Source: the human T2T-CHM13v2.0 reference genome, Homo sapiens
Assembly (NCBI RefSeq): GCF_009914755.1
Contig: NC_060948.1
DNA length: 64,000 nucleotides
Direction: 5' to 3' (one strand)
Shown: positions 49,831 to 63,345 of the stretch, piece after piece
Layout of the letters: each line of letters starts with the position of its first letter
Numbering within the stretch: the first letter of the stretch is position 1
Position numbers and translations under genes: made by a program
The notes under the pieces: model-generated
The model's database searches: none
What the model saw: only the letters and a program-made list of their open reading frames with translations
What the model was told of the DNA's origin: nothing

Positions 49831-52800
49831 GGTTCATGGTCTCCCTCACTTCAAGAATGAAGCTGCCGACCTTAGTGCTGAGTGTTACAGCACGTGAAGG
49901 TGTTATGTCCAGAGTTCTTTCCTTCAGATGTGTCCAGCGTTTCTTCCTTCTGGCAGGTTCATGGTCTTCCTCACTTCAAGAAGGAAGCTGCAGACCTTAC
50001 TGGTGAGTGTTACAGCAATTAAAGTTGTTATATCCAGAGTTTGTTCCTTCAGATGTTTCCAGAGTTTCTTCCTTCTGGCAGGTTCGTGGTCTTGCTCACT
50101 TCTTTAATGCAGCTGCAGACCTTACTGGTGAGTGTTACAGCACTTAAATGTGTTATGTCCAGAGTTTGTTTCTTCAGAGTTGTCCAGAGTTTCTTCCTTC
50201 TGGCAGTTTCGTGGTCTTCCTCACTTCAAGAATGAAGCTGCAGACCTTACTGGTGAGTGTTACAGCACTTAAAGGTGTTATGTCCAGACATTTTTCCGTC
50301 AGATGTGTCCAGGGTTTCTGTCTTCTGGCAGGTTCATGGTCTTGCTCACTTCAAGAATGAAGCTGCAGACTTTAGTGGTGAGTGTTACAGCACTTAAAGG
50401 TGTTATGTCCAGAGTTTTTTCCTTCAGATGTGTCCAGCGTTTCTTCCTTCTGGCAGGTTCATGGTCTTGCTCACTTCAAGAATGAAGCTGCAGACCTTAC
50501 TGTTGAGTGTTAAAGCACTTAAAGGTGTTATATCCAGAGTTTGTTCCTTCAGATGTGTCCAGAGTTTCTTCCTTCTGGCAGGTTCATGGTGTTGCTCACT
50601 TCAACAATGAAGCTGCAGACCTTAGTGTTGAGTGTTACAACACTTAAAAGTGTTATGTCCAGAGTTTGTTCCTTCAGATGTGTCCAGAGTTTTTTCCTTC
50701 CGGCAGGTTCGTGGTCTTGCTCACTTCCTTAATGAAGCTGCAGACCTTACTGGTGAGTGTTACAGCACTTAAAGGTGTTATGTCCAGAGTTTGTTCCTTC
50801 AGATGTGTCCAGTGTTTCTTCCTTCTGGCAGGTTCATGGTGTTGCTTACTTTAAGAATGAAGCTGCAGACCTTAATGGTGAGTGTTACAGCACTTGAAGG
50901 TGTTATGTGCAGAGTTTTTTCCTTCAGATGTGTCCAGAGTTTCTTCCTTCTTGCAGGTTCGTGGTCTTGCTCACTTCCTTAATGAAGCTGCAGACCTTAA
51001 TGGTGACTGTTACAGCACTTAAAGGTGTTATGTCCAGAGTTTTTTTCCTTCAGATGTGTCCTGAGTGTCTTCCTTCTGGCAGGTTCATGGTCTTGCTCAC
51101 TTCACTAATGAAGCTGCAGACCTTACTGGTGAGTTTTACAGCACTTAAAGGTGTTATGTCCAGAGTTTGTTCCTCCAGATGTGTCCAGGGTTTCTGTCTT
51201 CTGGCAGGTACATTGTCTTGCTCACTTCAAGAATGAAGCTGCCGAACTTAGTGGTGATTGTTACAGTATTTAAAGGTGTTATGTCCAGAGTTTTTTCCTT
51301 CAGATGTGTCCAGCGTTTCTTCCTTCTGGCAGGTTCATGGTCTTCCTCACTTGAAGAATGAAGCTGCAGACCATACTCTTTAGTGTTAAAGCACTTCAAG
51401 GTGTTATGTCCAGAGTTTGTTCCTTCAGATGTGTCCAGAGTTTCTTCCTTCTGGCATGTTCATGGTGTTGCTCACTTCAAGAATGAAGCTGCAGACCTTA
51501 GTGTTGAGTGTTACAGCACTTAAAGGTGTTATGTCCAGTGTTTGTTCCTTCAGATGTGTCCAGAGTTTCTTCCTTCTTGCAGGTTCGTGGTCTTGCTCAC
51601 TTCCTTAATGAAGCTGCAGACCTTACTGGTGAGTGTTACAGCACTTATAGGTGTTATGTCCAGAGTTTGTTCCTTCAGATGTGTCCAGTGTTTCTTCCTT
51701 CTGGCAGGTTCATGGTCTTGCTCACTTCAAGAATGAAGCTGCAGACTTTTGTGGTGAGTGTTACAGCATTTAAAGTTGTTATGTCCACAATTTGTTCCTT
51801 CAGATGTGTCCAGTGTTTCTTCCTTCTGGCAGGTTGATTGTCTTGCTCACTTCAAGAATGAAGCTGCAGACCTTACTGGTGAGTGTTACAGTACTTAAAG
51901 CTGTTATGTCCAGAGTTTGATCCTTCAGATGTTTCCAGAGTTTCTTCCTTCTGGCAGGTTCGTGGTCTTCCTCACTTCAAGAATGAAGCTGCAGACCTTA
52001 GTGTTGAGTGTTACAGCACGTAAAGGTGTTATGTCCAGAGTTTGTTCCTTCAGATGTGTCCAGAGTTTCTTCCTTCTGGCAGGTTCATGGTGTTGCTCAC
52101 TTCAAGAATGAAGCTGCAGACCTTACTGGTGAGTGTTACAGCACTTAAAGCTGTTATGTCCAGAGTTTGTTCCTTCAGATGTTTCCAGAGTTTCTTCCTT
52201 CTGGCAGGTTCGTGGTCTTGCTCACTTCTTTAATGAAGCTGCAGACCTTACTGGTGAGTGTTACAGCACTTAAAGGTGTTATGTCCAGAGTTTGTTCCTT
52301 CAGATGTGTCCTGAGTGTCTTCCTTCTGGCAGGTTCATGGTCTTGCTCACTTCACTAATGAAGCTGCAGACATTACTGGTGAGTGTTACAGCACTTAAAG
52401 GTGTTAAGTCCAGAGTTTGTTCCTTCAGATGTGTCCAGGGTTTCTGTTTTCTGGCAGGTTCATGGTCTCCCTCACTTCAAGAATGAAGCTGCCGACCTTA
52501 GTGGTGAGTGTTACAGCACTTGAAGGTGTTATGTCCAGAGTTCTTTCCTTCAGATGTGTCCAGCGTTTCTTCCTTCTGGCAGGTTCATGGTCTTCCTCAC
52601 TTCAAGAATGAAGCTGCAGACCTTACTGGTGAGTGTTACAGCAATTAAAGTTGTTATATCCAGAGTTTGTTCCTTCAGATGTTTCCAGAGTTTCTTCCTT
52701 CTGGCAGGTTCGTGGTCTTGCTCACTTCTTTAATGCAGCTGCAGACCTTACTGGTGAGTGTTACAGCACTTAAATGTGTTATGTCCAGAGTTTGTTTCTT

Positions 52801-55600
52801 CAGAGGTGTCCAGAGTTTCTTCCTTCTGGCAGTTTCGTGGTCTTCCTCACTTCAAGAATGAAGCTGCAGACCTTACTGGTGAGTGTTACAGCACTTAAAG
52901 GTGTTATGTCCAGACATTTTTCCGTCAGATGTGTCCAGGGTTTCTGTCTTCTGGCAGGTTCATGGTCTTGCTCACTTCAAGAATGAAGCTGCAGACTTTA
53001 GTGGTGAGTGTTACAGCACTTAAAGGTGTTATGTCCAGAGTTTTTTCCTTCAGATGTGTCCAGCGTTTCTTCCTTCTGGCAGTTTCATGGTCTTGCTCAC
53101 TTCAAGAATGAAGCTGCAGACCTTACTGTTGAGTGTTAAAGCACTTAAAGGTGTTATGTCCAGAGTTTGTTCCTTCAGATGTGTCCAGAGTTTCTTCCTT
53201 CTGGCAGGTTCATGGTGTTGCTCACTTCAACAATGAAGCTGCAGACCTTAGTGTTGAGTGTTACAGCACTTAAAAGTGTTATGTCCAGAGTTTGTTCCTT
53301 CAGATGTGTCCAGAGTTTTTTCCTTCTGGCAGGTTCGTGGTCTTGCTCACTTCCTTAATGAAGCTGCAGACCTTACTGGTGAGTGTTACAGCACTTAAAG
53401 GTGTTATGTCCAGAGTTTGTTTCTTCAGATATATCCAGTGTTTCTTCCTTCTGGCAGGTTCATGGTGTTGCTCACTTTAAGAATGAAGCTGCTGACCTTA
53501 ATGGTGAGTGTTACAGCACTTGAAGGTGTTATGTGCAGAGTTTTTTCCTTCAGATGTGTCCAGAGTTTCTTCCTTCTTGCAGGTTCGTGGTCTTGCTCAC
53601 TTCCTTAATGAAGCTGCAGACCTTAATGGTGACTGTTACAGCACTTAAAGGTGTTATGTCCAGAGTTTTTTTCCTTCAGATGTGTCCTGAGTGTCTTCCT
53701 TCTGGCAGGTTCATGGTCTTGCTCACTTCACTAATGAAGCTGCAGACCTTACTGGTGAGTTTTACAGCACTTAAAGGTGTTATGTCCAGAGTTTGTTCCT
53801 CCAGATGTGTCCAGGGTTTCTGTCTTCTGGCAGGTACATGGTCTTGCTCACTTCAAGAATGAAGCTGCCGAACTTAGTGGTGATTGTTACAGTACTTAAA
53901 GGTGTTATGTCCAGAGTTTTTTCCTTCAGATGTGTCCAGCGTTTCTTCCTTCTGGCAGGTTCATAGTCTTGCTCACTTGAAGAATGAAGCTGCAGACCAT
54001 ACTCTTTAGTGTTAAAGCACTTCAAGGTGTTATGTCCAGAGTTTGTTCCTTCAGATGTGTCCAGAGTTTCTTCCTTCTGGCATGTTCATGGTGTTGCTCA
54101 CTTCAAGAATGAAGCTGCAGACCTTAGTGTTGAGTGTTACAGCACTTATAGGTGTTATGTCCAGTGTTTGTTCCTTCAGATGTGTCCAGAGTTTCTTCCT
54201 TCTTGCAGGTTCGTGGTCTTGCTCACTTCCTTAATGAAGCTGCAGACCTTACTGGTGAGTGTTACAGCACTTAAAGGTGTTATGTCCAGAGTTTGTTCCT
54301 TCAGATGTGTCCAGTGTTTCTTCCTTCTGGCAGGTTCATGGTCTTGCTCACTTCAAGAATGAAGCTGCAGACTTTTGTGGTGAGTGTTACAGCATTTAAA
54401 GTTGTTATGTCCACAATTTGTTCCTTCAGATGTGTCCAGGGTTTCTTCCTTCTGGCAGGTTCATGGTCTTGCTCACTTCAAGAATGAAGTTGCAGACCTT
54501 ACTGGTGACTGTTACAGTACTTAAAGCTGTTATGTCCAGAGTTTGATCCTTCAGATATTTCCAGAGTTTCTTCCTTCTGGCAGGTTCGTGTTCTTGCTCA
54601 CTTCTTTAATGAAGCTGCAGACCTTACTGGTGAGTATTACAGCACTTAAATGTGTTATGTCCAGAGATTGTTTCTCCAGATGTGTCCAGAGTTTCTTCCT
54701 TCTGGCAGTTTCGTGGTCTTCCTCACTTCAAGAATGAAGCTGCAGACCTTAGTGTTGAGTGTTACAGCACGTAAAGGTGTTATGTCCAGAGTTTGTTCCT
54801 TCAGATGTGTCCAGAGTTACTTCCTTCTGGCAGGTTCATGGTGTTGCTCACTTCAAGAATCAAGCTGCAGACCTTACTGTTGAGTGTTACAGCACTTAAA
54901 GCTGTTATGTCCAGAGTTTGTTCCTTCAGATGTTTCCAGAGTTTCTTCCTTCTGGCAGGTTCGTGGTCTTGCTCACTTCTTTAATGAAGCTACAGACCTT
55001 ACTGGTGAGTGTTACATCACTTAAAGGTGTTATGTCCAGAGTTTGTTCCTTCAGATGTGTCCAGAGTGTCTTCCTTCTGGCAGGTTCATGGTCTTGCTCA
55101 CTTCACTAATGAAGCTGCAGTCCTTACTGGTGAGTGTTACAGCACTTAAAGGTGTTATGTCCAGAGTTTGTTCCTTCAGATGTGTCCAGGGTTTCTGTCT
55201 TCTGGCAGGTTCATGGTCTTCCTCACTTCAAGAATGAAGCTGCCGACCTTAGTGGTGAGTGTTACAGCACTTGAAGGTGTTATGTCCAGAATTCTTTCCT
55301 TCAGATGTGTCCAGCGTTTCTTCCTTCTGGCAGGTTCATGGTCTTCCTCACTTCAAGAATGAAGCTGCAGACCTTACTGTTGAGTGTTACAGCAATTAAA
55401 GTTGTTATATCCAGAGTTTGTTCCTTCAGATGTTTCCAGAGTTTCTTCCTTCTGGCAGGTTCGTGGTCTTGCTCACATCTTTAATGAAGCTGCAGACCTT
55501 ACTGGTGAGTCTTACAGCACTTAAAGGTGTTATGTCCAGATTTTGTTTCTTCAGATGTGTCCAGAGTTTCTTCCTTCTGGCAGTTTCGTGGTCTTCCTCA
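49831..55600. repeat. Local higher-order repeat of 21/22 monomers (offsets 2626 and 2751 bp), two copies plus the start of a third
   Basis: Paired ORFs 50041/52667, 50148/52774, 50907/53533 and 51417/54043 share a +T insertion and the gaccatactctttag variant. The offset becomes 2751 after ~51960. Confidence 0.85.
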
Positions 55601-58600
55601 CTTCAAGAATGAAGCTGCAGACCTTACTGGTGAGTGTTACTGCACTTTAAGGTGTTATGTCCAGAGTTTGTTCCTTCAGTTGTGTCCAGAGTGTCTTCCT
55701 TCTGGCAGGTTCATGGTCTTGCTCACTTCAAGAATGAAGCTGCAGACCTTACTGGTGAGTGTTACAGCACTTAAAGGTGTTATGTCCAGAGTTTGTTACT
55801 TCACATGTGTCCAGGGTTTCTGTCTTATGGCAGGTACATGGTCTTGCTCACTTCAAGAATGAAGCTGCAGAGCTTACTAGTGAGTGTTACAGCACTTGAA
55901 GGTGTTATGTGCAGAGTTTTTTCCTTCAGATGTGTCCAGAGTTTCTTCCTTCTTGCAGGTTCGTGGTCTTGCTCACTTCCTTAATGAAGCTGCAGACCTT
56001 ACTGGTGAGTGTTACAGCACTTAAAGGTTTTAGGTCCAGAGTTTGTTCCTTCAGATGTGTCCAGTGTTTCTTCCTTCTGGCAGGTTCATGGTCTTGCTCA
56101 CTTCAAGAATGAAGCTGCAGACTTTTGTGGTGAGTGTTACAGCAGTTAAAGTTGTTATGTCCAGAATTTGTTCCTTAAGATGTGTCCAGTGTTTCTTCCT
56201 TCTGGCAGGTTCATGGTCTCGCTCACTTCAAGAATGAAGCTGCAGGCCTTACTGGTGAGTGTTACAGCACTTAAAGGTGTTATGTCCAGAGTTTGTTCCT
56301 TCACATTTGTCCAGGGTTTCTGTCGTATTGCAGGTACATGGTCTTGCTCACTTCAAGAATGAAGCTGCCGAACTTAGGGGTGAGTGTTACAGTACTTAAA
56401 GGTGTTATGTCCAGAGTTTTTTCTTTCAGATGCGTCCAGCGTTTCTTCCTTCTGGCAGGTACATGGTCTTGCTCACTTCAAGAATGAAGCTGCAGACATT
56501 ACTGTTTAGTGTTAAAGCACTTAAAGGTGTTATGTCCAGAGTTTGTTCCTTCAGATGTGTCCAGAGTTTCTTCCTTCTGGCATGTTCATGGTGTTGCTCA
56601 CTTCAAGAATGAAGCTGCAGACCTTAGTGTTGAGTGTTACAGCACTTAAAGGTGTTATGTCCAGGGTTTGTTCCTACAGATGTGTCCAGAGTTTCTTCCT
56701 TCTTGCAGGTTCGTGGTCTTGCTCACTTCCTTAATGAAGCTGCAGACCTTACTGGTGAATGTTACAGCACTTAAATGTGTTATGTCCAGAGTTTGTTCCT
56801 TCAGATGTGTCCAGTGTTTCTTCCTTCTGGCAGGTTCATGGTCTTGCTCACTTCAAGAATGAAGCTGCAGACTTTTGTGGTGAGTGTTACAGCAGTTAAA
56901 GTTGTTATGTCCACAATTTGTTCCTTCAGATGTGTCCAGTGTTTCTTCCCTCTGGCAGGTTCATGGTCTTGCTCACTTCAAGAATGAAGCTGCAGACCTT
57001 ACTGGTGAGTGTTACAGTACTTAAAGCTGTTATGTCCAGAGTTTGATCCTTCAGATGTTTCCAGAGTTTCTTCCTTCTGGCAGGTTCGTGGTATTGCTCA
57101 CTTCTTTAATGAAGCTGCAGACCTTACTGGTGAGTGTTACAGCACTTAAAGGTGTTATGTCCAGAGATTGTTTCTTCAGATGTGTCCAGAGTTTCTTCCT
57201 TCTGGCAGTTTCGTGGTCTTCCTCACTTCAAGAATGAAGCCGCAGACCTTAGTGTTGAGTGTTACAGCACGTAAAGGTGTTATGTCCAGAGTTTGTTCCT
57301 TCAGATGTGTCCAGAGTGTCTTCCTTCTGGCAGGTTCATGGTCTTGCTCACTTCAAGAATGAAGCTGCAGACCTTACTGGTGAGTGTTACAGCACTTAAA
57401 GCTGTTATGTCCAGAGTTTGTTTCTTCAGATGTGTCCAGAATTTCTTCCTTCCGGCAGTTTCGTGGTCTTCCTCACTTCAAGAATGAAGCTGCAGACCTT
57501 AGTGTTGAGTGTTACAGCACTTAAATGTGTTATGTCCAGAGTTTTTTCCTTCAGATATGTCCAGCGTTTCTTCCTTCTGGCAGGTTCATGGTGTTGCTCA
57601 CTTCAAGAGTGAAGCTGCAGACCTTACTGTTGAGTTTTAAAGCACTTAAAGCTGTTATGTCCAGAGTTTGTTCCTTCAGATGTGTCCAGAGTTTCTTCCT
57701 TCTGGCAGGTTCATGTTCTTGCTCACTTCACTAATGAAGCTGCAGACCTTACTGGTGAGGGTGGCAGCACTTAAAGGTGTTATGACCAGAGTTTGTTCCT
57801 TCAGGTGTGTCCAGGGTTTCTGTCTTCTGGCAGGTTCATCGTCTTGCTCACTTCAAGAATGAAGCTGCCGACCTTTGTGGTGAGTGTTACAGCATTTGGA
57901 GTTGTTATGTCCAGAGTTTTTTCCTTCAGATGTGTCCAGCGTTTCTTCCTACTGGCAGGTTCATGGTCTTGCTCACTTCAAGAATGAAGCTGCAGACCTT
58001 ACTATTGAGTGTTAAAGCACTTAAAGGTGTTATATCCAGAGTTTGATCCTTCAGATGTGTCCAGAGTTTCTTCCTTCTGGCAGGTTCATGGTGTTGCTCA
58101 ATTCAAGAATGAAGCTGCAGACCTTAGTGTTGAGTGTTACAGCACTTAAAGGTGTTATGTCCAGAGTTTGTTCCTTCAGATGTGTCCAGAGTTTCTTCCT
58201 TCTTGGAGGTTCGTGGTCTTGTTCACTTCCTTAATGAAGCTGCAGACCTTACCGGTGAGTGTTACAGCACATAAAGGTGTTATGTCCAGAGTTTGTTCCT
58301 TCAGATGTGTCCAGGGTTTCTGTCTTCTGGCAGGATCATGGTCTTGCTCATTGAAGAATGAAGCTGCCGACCTTAGTGGTGAGTGTTACAGCATTTAAAG
58401 GTGTTATGTCCAGACTTTGTTCCTTCAGATATGTCCAGAGTTTCTTCCTTCTGGCAGGTTCATTGTCTTGCTCATTTCAAGAATGAAACTGCAGACTTTA
58501 GTGGTGAGTGTTACAGCACTTAAAGTTGTTATGTCCAGAGTTTGTTCCTTCAGATGTGTCCAGAGTGTCTTCCTTCTGGCAGCTTCATGGTCTTGCTCAC

Positions 58601-61600
58601 TTCACTAATGAAGCTGCAGACCTTACTGGTGAGTGTTACAGCACTTAAAGATGTTATGTCCAGAGTTTGTTCCTTCAGATGTGTCCAGGGTTTCTGTCTT
58701 CTGGCAGGTTCATGTTATGGCTCACTTCAAGAATGAAGCTGCAGACCTTAGTGGTGAGAGTTACAGCACTTAAAGGTGTTATGTCCAGAGTTTTTTCCTA
58801 CAGATGTGTCCAGCGTTTCTTCCTTCTGGCAGGTTCATAGTCTTGCTCACTTCAAGAATGAAGCTGCAGACCTTACTGTTGAGTGTTAAGGCACTTAAAG
58901 GTGTTATGTCCAGAGTTTGTTCCTTCAGACGTGTCCAGAGTTTCTTCCTTCTGGCAGGTTCGTGGTGTTGCTCACTTCCAGAATGAAGCTGCAGACCTTA
59001 GTGTTGAGTGTTACAACACTTAAAGGTGTTATGTCCAGAGTTTTTTCCTTCAGATATATCCAGCGCTTCTTCCTTCTGGCAGGTTCATGGTCTTGCACAC
59101 TTCAAGAATGAAGCTGCAGACCTTACTGTTGAGTTTTAAAGCACTTAAATTTGTTATGTCCAGAGTTTGTTCCTTCAGATGTGTCCAGAGGTTCTTCCTT
59201 CTGGCAGGTTCATGGTGTTGCTCACTTCAAGAATGAAGCTGCAGACCTTAGTGGTGAGTGTTACAGCACTTAAAGGTGTTATGTCCTGAGTTTGTTCCTT
59301 CAGATGTGTCAAGAGTTTCTTCCTTCTTGCAGGTTCGTGGTCTTGCTCACTTCCTTAATGAAGCTGCAGACCTTACTGGTGAATGTTACAGCACTTAAAG
59401 GTGTTATGTCCAGAGTTTGTTCCTCCAGATGTGTCCAGGGTTTCTGTCTTCTGGCAGTTTCATGGTGTTGCTCACTTCAAGAATGAAGCTGCAGTCCTTA
59501 GTGTTGAGTGTTACAGCACTTAAAGGTGTTATGTCCAGAGTTTGTTCCTTCAGATGATTCCAGAGTTTCTTCCTTCTTGCAGGTTCGTGGTCTTGCTCAC
59601 TTCCTTAATGAAGCTGCAGACCTTACTGGTGAGTGTTACAGCACTTAAAGGTTTTAGGTCCAGAGTTTGTTCCTTCAGATGTGTCCAGTGTTTCTTCCTT
59701 CTGGCAGGTTCATGGTCTTGCTCACTTCAAGAATGAAGCTGCAGACTTTGTGGTGAGTGTTACAGCAGTTAAAGTTGTTATGTCCAGAATTTGTTCCTTC
59801 AGATGTGTCCAGTGTTTCTTCCTTCTGGCAGGTTCATGGTCTTGCTCACTTCAAGAATGAAGCTGCAGGCCTTGCTGCTGAGTGTTACAGCACTTAAAGC
59901 TCATATGTCCAGAGTTTGTTCCTTCAGATGTTTCCAGAGTTTCTTCCTTCTGGCACGTTCGTGGTCTTGCTCACTTCTTTAATGAAGCTGCAGACCTTAC
60001 TTGTGAGTGTTACAGCACTTAAATGTGTTATGTCCAGAGTTTGTTTCTTCAGATGTGTCCAGAGTTTCTTCTTTCTGGCAGTTTCGTGGTCTTCCTCACT
60101 TCAAGAATGAAGCTGCAGACCTTACTGGTGAGTGTTACAGCACTTAAAGTTGTTATGTCCAGAGTTTGTTCCTTCAGATGTGTCCAGGGTTTCTATCTTC
60201 TGGCAGGTTCATGGTGTTGCTCACTTCAAGAATGAATCTGCCGACCTTAGTGGTGAGTTTTACAGCACTTAAAGGTGTTATGTCCAGAGTTTTTTCCTTC
60301 AGATATGTCCAGCGTTTCTTCCTTCTGGCAGGTTCATGGTCTTGCTCATTTCAAGAATGAAGCTGCAGACTTTTACGGTGAGTGTTACAGCACTTAAAGG
60401 TGTTTTGTCCAGAGTTTGTTGCTTCAGATGTGTCCAGAGTTTCTTTCTTCTGGCAGGTTCATGGTGTTGCTCACTTCAAGAATGAAGCTGCAGACCTTAC
60501 TGGTGAGTGTTACAGCACTTAAAGCTGTTATGTCCAGAGTTTGTTCCTTCATATGTTTCCAGAGTTTCTTCCTTCTGGCAGGTTCGTGGTCTTGCTCACT
60601 TCTTTAATGAAGCTGCAGACCTTACTGGTGAGTGTTACAGCACTTAAAGTTGTTATGTCCAGAGTTTGTTTCTTCAGATGTGTCCAGAGATTCTTCCTTC
60701 TGGCAGTTTCCTGGTCTTCCTCACTTCAAGAATGAAGCTGCAGACTTTACTGGTGAGTGTTACAGCACTTAAAGTTGTTATGTCCAGAGTTTGTTCCTTC
60801 AGATGTGTCCAGAGTGTCTTCCTTCTGGCATGTTCATGGTCTTGCTCACTTCACTAATGAAGCTGCAGACCTTACTGGTGAGGGTTACAGTACTTAAAGG
60901 TGTTATGTACAGAGTTTGTTCCTTCAGATGTGTCCAGGGTTTCTGTCTTCTGGCAGGTTCATGGTCTTGCTCAATTCAAGAATGAAGCTGCCGATATTAG
61001 TGGTGAGTGTTACAGCACTTAAAGGTGTTATGTCCAGTGTTTGTTCTTTCAGATGTGTCCAGAGTTTCTTCCTTCTTGCAGGTTCGTGGTCTGGCTCACT
61101 TCCTTAATGAAGCTGCAGACCTTAATGGTGAGTGTTACAGCACTTAAAGGTGTTATGTCCAGAGTTTTTTTCCTTCAGATGTGTCCTGAGTGTCTTCATT
61201 CTGGCAGGTTCATGGTCTTGCTCACTTCACTAATGAAGCTGCAGACCTTACTGGTGAGTGTTACAGCACTTAAAGGTGTTATGTCCAGAGTTTGTTCCTT
61301 CAGATGTGTCCAGGGTTTCTGTCTTCTGGCAGGTACATGGTCTTCCTCACTTCAAGAATGAAGCTGCCGAACTTATTGGTGAGTGTTACAGTACTTAAAG
61401 GTGTTATGTCCAGAGTTTTTTCCTTCAGATGTGTCCAGCGTTTCTTCCTTTTGGCAGGTTCATGGTCTTGCTCACTTCAAGAATGAAGCTGCAGACCATA
61501 CTCTTTAGTGTTAAAGCACTTCAAGGTGTTATGTCCAGAGTTTGTTCCTTCAGATGTGTCCAGAGTTTCTTCCTTCTGGCATGTTCATGTTGTTGCTCAC

Positions 61601-62039
61601 TTCAAGAATGAAGCTGCAGACCTTAGTGTTGAGTGTTACAGCACTTAAAGGTGTTATGTCCAGTGTTTGTTCCTTCAGATGTGTCCAGAGTTTCTTCCTT
61701 CTTGCATGTTCGTGGTCTTGCTCACTTCCTTAATGAAGCTGCAGACCTTACTGGTGAGTGTTACAGCACTTAAAGGTGTTATGTCCAGAGTTTGTTCCTT
61801 CAGATGTGTCCAGAGTTACATCCTTCTGGCAGGTTCATGGTGTTGCTCACTTCAAGAATCAAGCTGCAGACCTTACTGGTGAGTGTTACAGCACTTAAAG
61901 CTGTTATGTCCAGAGTTTGTTCCTTCAGATGTTTCCAGAGTTTCTTCCTTCTGGCAGTTTCGTGGTCTTGCTCACTTCTTTAATGAAGCTGCAGACCTTA
62001 CTGGTGAGTGTTACAGCACTTAAAGGTGTTATGTCCAGA

Positions 62040-63345
62040 GTTTGTTCCTTCAGATGTGTCCAGAGTGTCTTCCTTCTGGCAGGTTCGTGGTCTTGCTCAC
62101 TTCACTAATGAAGCTGCAGACCTTACTGGTGAGTATTACAGCACTTAAAGGTGTTATGTCCAGAGTTTGTTCCTTCAGATGTGTCCAGGGTTTCTGTCTT
62201 CTGGCAGGTTCATGGTCTTCCTCACTTCAAGAATGAAGCTGCCGACCTTAGTGTTGAGTGTTACAGCACTTGAAGGTGTTATGTCCAGAGTTCTTTCCTT
62301 CAGATGTGTCCAGCGTTTCTTCCTTCTGGCAGGTTCATGGTCTTCCTCACTTCAAGAATGAAGCTGCAGACCTTACTGGTGAGTGTTACAGCAATTAAAG
62401 TTGTTATATCCAGAGTTTGTTCCTTCAGATGTTTCCAGAGTTTCTTCCTTCTGGCAGGTTCGTCTTCTTGCTCACTTCTTTAATGAAGCTGCAGACCTTA
62501 CTGGTGAGTGTTACAGCACTTAAAGGTGTTAGGTCCAGAGTTTGTTTCTTCAGATGTGTCCAGAGTTTCTTCCTTCTGGCAGTTTCGTGGTCTTCCTCAC
62601 TTCAAGAATGAAGCTGCAGACCTTACTGGTGAGTGTTACAGCACTTTAAGGTGTTATGTCCAGAGTTTGTTCCTTCAGATGTGTCCAGAGTGTCTTCCTT
62701 CTGGCAGGTTCATGGTCTTGCTCACTTCACTAATGAAGCTGCAGACCTTACTGGTGATTGTTACAGCACTTAAAGGTGTTATGTCCAGAGTTTGTTCCTT
62801 CAGATGTGTCCAGGGTTTCTGTCTTCTGGCAGGTTCATGGACTTCCTCACTTCAAGAATGAAGCTGCCGACCTTAGTGGTGAGTGTTACAGCACTTGAAG
62901 TTGTTATGTCCAGAGTTCTTTCCTTCAGATGTGTCCAGCGTTTCTTCCTTCTGGCAGGTTCATGGTCTTCCTCACTTCAAGAATGAAGCTGCAGACCTTA
63001 CTGGTGAGTGTTACAGCAATTAAAGTTGTTATATCCAGAGTTTGTTCCTTCAGATGTTTCCAGAGTTTCTTCCTTCTGGCAGGTTCGTGGTGTTGCTCAC
63101 TTCTTTAATGAAGCTGCAGACCTTACTGGTGAGTGTTACAGCACTTAAAGGTGTTATGTCCAGAGTTTGTTTCTTCAGATGTGTCCAGAGTTTCTTCCTT
63201 CTGGCAGTTTCGTGGTCTTCCTCACTTCAAGAATGAAGCTGCAGACCTTACTGGTGAGTGTTACAGCACTTTAAGGTGTTATGTCCAGAGTTTCTTCCTT
63301 CAGATGTGTCCAGAGTGTCTTCCTTCTGGCAGGTTCATGGTCTTA
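62040..63345. repeat. 625-bp (5-monomer) tandem duplication
   Basis: ORF pairs 62167/62792, 62417/63042 and 62508/63133 are near-identical, with shared variants cacttgaag, gttctttcc, gcaattaaagttgttatat and gcactttaagg. Confidence 0.85.

Noticed and set aside
17554-54025. Four minus-strand ORFs (17554, 32426, 51154, 53780)
   Set aside because: They are chance stop-free stretches of the antisense monomer. The 51154 and 53780 ORFs are similar only because they lie in a duplicated block.
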